64,000 nt of DNA from positions 23,174 to 87,173 of the forward strand of contig CAYXGG010000001.1 of NCBI GenBank assembly GCA_964464475.1, written 5' to 3'. The notes beneath the pieces are model-generated. The model did not search any database. It saw nothing but the letters and a program-made list of their open reading frames with translations, and was not told where the DNA came from. The DNA comes from an uncultured Planctomycetales bacterium (GTDB lineage Bacteria; Omnitrophota; Gorgyraeia; Zapsychrales; JAHFFX01). Positions 59,102 through 64,000 of the stretch are shown piece by piece (position 1 is the stretch's first letter; every line of letters begins with the position of its first letter). The translations under genes and the position numbers were made by a program.

Positions 59102-60952
59102 GTGGGTATGAGTATTTTTGACAAAAATATCAGCGCCGAGAAAAAAGCGTCGCTTGAGCTGGCGGAAGCCTCGCGTGAGTCAGAATGGAAGTATCCCAGT
59201 TTTGCCCTTAGGCTTTTCCATGGTCAGGTTGATTGGCGCTTAATTCAACCCTTCCCCGAACAATCCGCTGAAGACAAACGTATCGGCGATGAGTATCTGG
59301 TCAAACTCGAGAAATTCCTTAAAGACAATTTAGATCCGGATGAAGTAGACCGAACCGGAATTATTTCAGAGAGGGTGTACAAAGGTCTGGCCGAATTAAA
59401 GGCTTTTGCGATTAAAATCCCCAAAGAATATGGCGGCTTAGGTTTTAGTCAGGTTAATTATAATCGGGCGATTCATTTGGTTTCCAGTTATTGCGGGTCA
59501 ACGGCGGTCTTGCTGTCCGCTCACCAAAGCATCGGGGTCCCACAGCCGTTAAAACTATTTGGGACGGACGACCAGAAAAAAAAGTTTCTTCCTTTGTTTG
59601 CGAATGGCGCCATTTCGGCGTTTGCGCTCACTGAGCCGGGGGCCGGATCAGATCCTAGAAACATGACCACCACCGCAACCCCAACGGAAGATGGTAAATA
59701 TTTTCTTTTAAATGGAGAAAAATTATGGTGTACCAATGGTTTGATTGCGGGTGTTCTGGTTGTTATGGCGGTTACTCCGCCTAAAATAATTAAAGGGAAA
59801 GAACACAAACAAATCACCGCTTTTATTGTCGAAACAAATTCTCCGGGTTTTGAAATCGCTCACCGCTGTGAATTTATGGGATTGCATGGGATTCAAAACG
59901 GATTGCTGCGCTTTAAGAACGTTAAAGTGCCTCGGGAAAATATCATTTTGGGAGAGGGCGAGGGGCTTAAGTTAGCCTTGATGACGCTGAATACGGGTCG
60001 CTTAACGTTACCGGCCGCCTCCGCGGGTATTGCCAAATGGTGTTTGCATGTCAGTCGTCAGTGGTCGCAGAAGCGACAGCAGTGGGGTGGGCCCATCGGA
60101 GAGCACGAGAGTGTTGCTTTGAAGCTGGGCTACATCGCGAGTCACACGTTCGCACTTGATGCCATTACGTGGCTGACTTCGGCGATGGCGGACGATAAGA
60201 AAAGAGACATTCGAATTGAAGCGGCCATTGCCAAATATTTTTGCACTTTGCATAGTTGGAAAATAGTGGATGAAACGTTGCAAATTCGCGGAGGTAGCGG
60301 GTACGAGAGCGCTTCATCGCTGCGCAAGCGAGGTGTGGACTATTGGCCGGTAGAGCGAGTGATGCGCGATGTGCGCATCAATTTGATTATCGAAGGGACG
60401 TCTGAAATCATGCATTTGTTTATCGCCAGGGAGGCGCTGGATCCGCATCTTAGTCGCAGTAAGGTTTTGTTGAGTGGGCGAGCGTCGCTAGGGGATAAGT
60501 TCAAAGCGTTAGTCTCGGCGGGATTTTATTATACTTGCTGGTATCCGAAGTTGTGGTTACCAAGTTTTGCAGGCTATGACCTCCCGGACATATTAAACCA
60601 GCACATGGGGTATGTCGCGCATGCTTCCAAGGTTTTGGCCCGACAAACTTTTCATCAGATGCTAAAACATCAAAAGAAATTAGAATCCAAACAAAGCATT
60701 CTTAATCGCGTGGTGGACGCGGGAACAGATTTGTTTGCGATGTCTGCGGTCTGTGCTTATGCGCAGTCTTTAATGAAGAAAGGGCAGCAAAATGCTGTTG
60801 ACCTGGCAGACGCTTTTTGTCAGGAAGCACGGCAACGCGTTGAATTGACTTTGAGTGGTGACACACGAGCTTACGAGGAACGTTATTTAAATACAGCCAA
60901 GCGCGTGTTGAAAAATGAATTTTCCTGGCTGGAAAACGATATCATCGCTTAA
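59102..60952 (+). CDS. Acyl-CoA dehydrogenase (long form, 616 aa).
   Basis: ACAD N-terminal, middle and C-terminal domain patterns are present (GFSQVNYNRAIHLVS; AFALTEPGAGSDP; QIRGGSGYE). There is an additional C-terminal extension of about 180 aa. Confidence 0.8.
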   Translation: MGMSIFDKNISAEKKASLELAEASRESEWKYPSFALRLFHGQVDWRLIQPFPEQSAEDKRIGDEYLVKLEKFLKDNLDPDEVDRTGIISERVYKGLAELKAFAIKIPKEYGGLGFSQVNYNRAIHLVSSYCGSTAVLLSAHQSIGVPQPLKLFGTDDQKKKFLPLFANGAISAFALTEPGAGSDPRNMTTTATPTEDGKYFLLNGEKLWCTNGLIAGVLVVMAVTPPKIIKGKEHKQITAFIVETNSPGFEIAHRCEFMGLHGIQNGLLRFKNVKVPRENIILGEGEGLKLALMTLNTGRLTLPAASAGIAKWCLHVSRQWSQKRQQWGGPIGEHESVALKLGYIASHTFALDAITWLTSAMADDKKRDIRIEAAIAKYFCTLHSWKIVDETLQIRGGSGYESASSLRKRGVDYWPVERVMRDVRINLIIEGTSEIMHLFIAREALDPHLSRSKVLLSGRASLGDKFKALVSAGFYYTCWYPKLWLPSFAGYDLPDILNQHMGYVAHASKVLARQTFHQMLKHQKKLESKQSILNRVVDAGTDLFAMSAVCAYAQSLMKKGQQNAVDLADAFCQEARQRVELTLSGDTRAYEERYLNTAKRVLKNEFSWLENDIIA

Positions 60953-60960
60953 ATTTCCTT

Positions 60961-63045
60961 ATGGCCGCTTTTACTCATATCGTTAATAAATTTCAAACGG
61001 TCCGCCAGATTCCCATTTTTAGCAAATTGAATTGGTTTGAGCTGCATACAGTGGCGACTCGAACCTCTTTTGCGGAATACAAAAAAGGTGAGATCGTCTG
61101 CCTGGAAGGTTCGCCGCCGGACGCTCTGTATTGTGTCGTGTCTGGCCGCGTTCAGGCTTTTCATACCAAACCCAACGGTGACAAGGAAGATGTTGAACTG
61201 ATTCTGCGGGGGATGCATTTTGGCATCATTTCGTTGTTGACGGGTGAGCACCATTCGTTAACCTTTCAGGCGTTGAATGATTCGGTCATTTTGAAAATTA
61301 ATAAAGATGATTTCGCGGTAATCCTGAAAGCTGTTCCCAAACTGGGTATAGAATTCAGTCGGAGCCTGTCTCGTCGGGTGCGCAATCAGGTCATCCGTTC
61401 GAAAACAGTTTTTGAAAGCACGATTATTTCTGTGTATAGCCCGGTGAAGGGATCGGGCAGTTCGACGTTCGCGATTAATCTGGCTTTGAGTCTTCAGCGT
61501 GAAACGAAGCGAAAGGTGATTTTTATCGGCGTTAATGCGCCTTCTTTGGATGTTAATCCGGGCACATCGGGAGGATCGAATTCTGCGCCTTCCTGGAAAA
61601 AAACGCCCATTATGCTTAAAGACATTTTAGGGAACGCGGAGAAAATAAAGGCTAGTATTACTAAAGATGAGATCGCGATTGATTTAATCAACATCCAAAT
61701 CAATCCTCAGGACGCGGAAGTCGTCCGCAAGATTAGTCAGTTTATTACCAGTTTGACTAACGATTATCACTATGTGGTCGTGGACTTGCCGAATGATCGT
61801 GATGAAGTCGTTTTTGAAACGCTTTTGCAGTCGGATCATGTCTATTTGTTGTCGCAAGATGAGAACGAGGATTTGCTCCTGGTAAAACACGTCATCGAAC
61901 GGTTGAAAGAATCTTTAAAGTTGAATTTTGATAAGGATAAAGTTCAGTTTGTTCTAAGTTGTATTCAGCCGAAATGTTTTCTTTCCTATCGAGATGTGCA
62001 ACAAGCGCTGGATTATCCGGTGAGTCACGCGTTGCCTTATATGCAAGCCGCGGAGCTTAATACGCCGGTTGTCTGCAGTGCGATGTCCATATTAACTCCC
62101 GGATTGACGAGTGAATACGCGAGGGCAACGTCATATTTGGCACGTAGAATTGGTGGAGTTCTGGTTGGGGTGGTTCTGGGCGGAGGAGCAGCGCTTGGCG
62201 TGGCGCATGTCGGGGTTATTCGCGTTCTGGAGAAAGAAAATATTCCGGTCGATATGATCGTGGGTAGTAGTATTGGCGCGTTAATCGGAGCCTTGTGGGC
62301 AACGGGCCGCAACGCAGAACAACTGGAGGTCGTAGCGAGAGAATTTGAGTCTAAAAAATCTCTGTCAAAGTTAATTGATCCGGTTTTTCCCAAAGCTGCG
62401 TTTGTGGGAGGAAAAGCGATTGAACGCTGGCTGCGCAAGCACTTGGGGCACGCGACATTTATGGGAGCGGCCATCCCTTTAAAAGTGGTCGCCTATGATT
62501 TGTTGCATCGGGAAGAGATAGTCATTTCGGAAGGTTCGCTTGTTGACGCGGTTCGCAAAAGTATTGCCATCCCCGGTGTTATCGCTCCTATCCAGCAGAA
62601 AGAAAAATTGATAATCGATGGAGGCGTTTTAAATCCCTTGCCAACGAATGTGCTGGTCAACGCGGGTATTAAGAAAATTATCGCGATTAACGTTTTGCAG
62701 TCTCCTGCGGACGTGGCCAAAGGATATGAAATTTCGAGAGAGAAGATGACGCGAGAAGAACAGATTCCTTTTTCTAAAGCACCCGGACAATTTGTGGGTA
62801 TTCGCTTACAGCGTTTTGCCCGTAAGATTTTTTGGCCTAATATTTCAGACATTATCGTCCGAACGTTACAGGCATCTGAATTTGTGATTGCTCAGCAAAG
62901 CGCTACTCAGGCCGATGTGTTGATTCATCCTGACTTATCGGGCATTAACTGGTTTGAGTTATATCAAGTGAATCGCTTGATTCGTAGTGGAGAGGAGGCT
63001 GCGTATAAATTGCTTCCGGACATTAAGAAGCTCGTTTTTGATTGA
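60961..63045 (+). CDS. Tripartite protein (694 aa) with an N-terminal cyclic-nucleotide-binding domain, a central degenerate MinD/ParA-like domain and a C-terminal patatin-like phospholipase.
   Basis: The cNMP region includes GEIVCLEGSPPDALYCVVSGRV...RGMHFGIISLL. The central SVYSPVKGSGSSTFAINLALSL resembles a deviant Walker A that lacks the signature lysine. The patatin GGxxxG is GVVLGGGAALGVAHVGV and the G-x-S-x-G is VGSSIGA, with a later DGG. Confidence 0.75.
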   Translation: MAAFTHIVNKFQTVRQIPIFSKLNWFELHTVATRTSFAEYKKGEIVCLEGSPPDALYCVVSGRVQAFHTKPNGDKEDVELILRGMHFGIISLLTGEHHSLTFQALNDSVILKINKDDFAVILKAVPKLGIEFSRSLSRRVRNQVIRSKTVFESTIISVYSPVKGSGSSTFAINLALSLQRETKRKVIFIGVNAPSLDVNPGTSGGSNSAPSWKKTPIMLKDILGNAEKIKASITKDEIAIDLINIQINPQDAEVVRKISQFITSLTNDYHYVVVDLPNDRDEVVFETLLQSDHVYLLSQDENEDLLLVKHVIERLKESLKLNFDKDKVQFVLSCIQPKCFLSYRDVQQALDYPVSHALPYMQAAELNTPVVCSAMSILTPGLTSEYARATSYLARRIGGVLVGVVLGGGAALGVAHVGVIRVLEKENIPVDMIVGSSIGALIGALWATGRNAEQLEVVAREFESKKSLSKLIDPVFPKAAFVGGKAIERWLRKHLGHATFMGAAIPLKVVAYDLLHREEIVISEGSLVDAVRKSIAIPGVIAPIQQKEKLIIDGGVLNPLPTNVLVNAGIKKIIAINVLQSPADVAKGYEISREKMTREEQIPFSKAPGQFVGIRLQRFARKIFWPNISDIIVRTLQASEFVIAQQSATQADVLIHPDLSGINWFELYQVNRLIRSGEEAAYKLLPDIKKLVFD

Positions 63046-63133
63046 GTCTGCATCATCCGTTCCGCGGTCTTTCCGTAATCCCGCCAAGAATAATTCGCTT
63101 GAAACTAAGTTGCATTTGCCTATAATACCCCCC

Positions 63134-63571
63134 ATGTCATCGACCTGTCTTCCTGAAGAATTATTGGCCCAAGCTGGTTTAGCTTTTAGCGACCACCGTT
63201 GTCTGGTTTTGGAAACTATCCATGCGGCTAAAAAAGCGATATCCAGCAAAGAAATATTACTGCGGGCACGCAAACGTAATACCGTCGACAAGGTGACTGT
63301 TTACCGGATTTTAGATTTGCTGGTTGACAAAAAGCTGGTACGCAGGATATCTGCGTTAGATGGCGTGTTGCGCTACGAAGTCGTCTGCGCGGCGCATCAT
63401 CCGGAACATGGGCATTTTGAATGTCGTGACTGCGGCGAGATAGAGTGCTTGGCGGGGATCAATTGGGATCGAGTTAAACGGGAAGTGATGGCGCTGGGCC
63501 GCTTTGGTTTGCAGTCGGTTGGGATAAAAGTTGAAGGGGTGTGTTTAAAATGTCAAAAAAGGAGCCGTTAA
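63134..63571 (+). CDS. fur: Fur-family metalloregulator (Fur/Zur-like, about 145 aa).
   Basis: It has a winged-helix N-terminus (RCLVLETIHAAKKAISSKEILL...VTVYRILDLLVDKKLVRRI). The metal-binding motifs HHPEHGHFECRDCGE and C-x2-C (CLKCQ) are present. The start was moved from 62987 to the internal ATG at 63134. Confidence 0.75.
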   Translation: MSSTCLPEELLAQAGLAFSDHRCLVLETIHAAKKAISSKEILLRARKRNTVDKVTVYRILDLLVDKKLVRRISALDGVLRYEVVCAAHHPEHGHFECRDCGEIECLAGINWDRVKREVMALGRFGLQSVGIKVEGVCLKCQKRSR

Positions 63572-64000
63572 TGGCGTCAAAGAAAATACGTTATATCGCA
63601 ACTGAACTGGGGCATCATTTGCCCTATACCATCTTTGGCGTGACGATGGGTTTGGTGCTCATGGGGATTTTTACTTTTTTTGCGATATTGATGCGCGCGG
63701 AAGAGCAGTTGGCGGAAGCCTCCAAGGAGTTCTTTCACGTGACCCACGCGAGTCATATTTTATTTAGTTCGGTAACCACAACCGCAATGTTCTGGAAACA
63801 TGAAAAAAGAATCCTTAAAGCCGTTTTGGTCGGATTTCTGGGGTCACTAGCGGTTTGCGGGCTTAGCGATGCGTTTTTCCCTTTTCTGGGAGGGCAATGG
63901 CTGATGGGAGGCGATATGGCCATACATATTTGTGTGTTGGAACATCCGGATATGATCATCCCCTTTGCCATCATGGGTGTGATAGGAGGGTTATTGATTC
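63571..64000 (+). CDS. Polytopic membrane protein, truncated at the 3' end by the window. It is a possible metal transporter.
   Basis: The ATG overlaps the fur stop (TAATGG). There are hydrophobic helices (YTIFGVTMGLVLMGIFTFFAIL; ILFSSVTTTAMFW). It runs to the window end without a stop. Confidence 0.4.
   Translation, partial: MASKKIRYIATELGHHLPYTIFGVTMGLVLMGIFTFFAILMRAEEQLAEASKEFFHVTHASHILFSSVTTTAMFWKHEKRILKAVLVGFLGSLAVCGLSDAFFPFLGGQWLMGGDMAIHICVLEHPDMIIPFAIMGVIGGLLI

Noticed and set aside
62987-63133. The 5' extension of the Fur-family ORF (62987..63571) overlaps the 3' end of the patatin gene.
   Set aside because: It is not Fur-like. The conserved N-terminus starts at the internal ATG at 63134.

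Overview
The window is roughly 20 kb of one giant repeat gene followed by 44 kb of tightly packed operons on the + strand. It looks bacterial; giant repeat ORFs are reminiscent of Omnitrophota, but that is a guess and cannot be tested here.

(1) Positions 6..20141 are a single open reading frame, open to the window edge, so the 5' end may lie upstream. It encodes more than 6,700 aa made almost entirely of about 490 tandem 13-residue (39-nt) units with consensus x-G-[VI]-N-W-[NTSD]-[DG]-[LIF]-x-x-[LM]-[ST]-x. Synonymous codon variation at the invariant G-V/I-N-W positions shows it is protein-coding rather than a satellite. The gene ends in a roughly 260-aa non-repeat alpha-helical tail. The long minus-strand ORFs here (KSFQLTP-type) are antisense shadows of the repeat.

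(2) A co-directional gene (20160..21506) starts 18 nt downstream. It encodes a signal-peptide, coiled-coil protein with a C-terminal transmembrane anchor.

(3) From 21622 to 37021, 17 genes are packed with gaps of 38 nt or less behind one extended -10 promoter. The first seven are an F-type ATPase set in non-canonical order (alpha, epsilon, two divergent c subunits, a b-delta fusion, a gamma-like protein, beta) with no a subunit. The atpD stop lies 2 nt before the start of a GspE/PilB secretion ATPase that carries a C-terminal PilZ (c-di-GMP) domain. After it come GspF/PilC, a Peptidase_MA_2 HExxH metalloprotease, a GspG major pseudopilin, two minor pseudopilins, a GspK-like protein, a PilM-PilN/GspL-like protein, a PilO/GspM-like protein and a secreted TPR protein. 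No prepilin peptidase or secretin is visible.

(4) Convergent on the minus strand is an approximately 900-aa multi-pass membrane protein with STT3/AglB-like oligosaccharyltransferase motifs (DPFNYY; WWPPG in place of WWDYG). Many of the giant protein's units carry N-W-T/S sequons at their invariant Asn, which suggests the giant fibre is N-glycosylated (inference).

(5) Next come tRNA-Lys(CUU) with a hairpin terminator, split transketolase (N and C subunits), transaldolase and a second terminator.

(6) A copper/silver efflux island follows: a CsoR repressor with a CsoR-type operator in its promoter, then cusC, cusB (with tandem CxxH...CxxC heavy-metal-binding repeats), cusA, a DUF2892 protein, a periplasmic protein with two YHS-like repeats and a His-rich tail, a DUF2231-like membrane protein and a YHS-permease fusion.

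(7) The last block is beta-oxidation-like: a PaaK-like adenylate-forming ligase, a thiolase, a FadB/J-type multifunctional enzyme and an acyl-CoA dehydrogenase. It also holds a RumA-type RNA methyltransferase, a thioredoxin-like 2Fe-2S ferredoxin, a protein joining a cNMP-binding domain, a degenerate MinD-like domain and a patatin phospholipase, a Fur-family regulator, and a 3'-truncated membrane protein.

No CRISPR array, rRNA, transposase or integrase was recognised. The candidate for an undescribed system is the co-oriented locus of giant 13-residue-repeat fibre, coiled-coil anchor, a-less F1Fo-like ATPase translationally coupled to a PilZ-gated pseudopilus machine, and STT3-like oligosaccharyltransferase.
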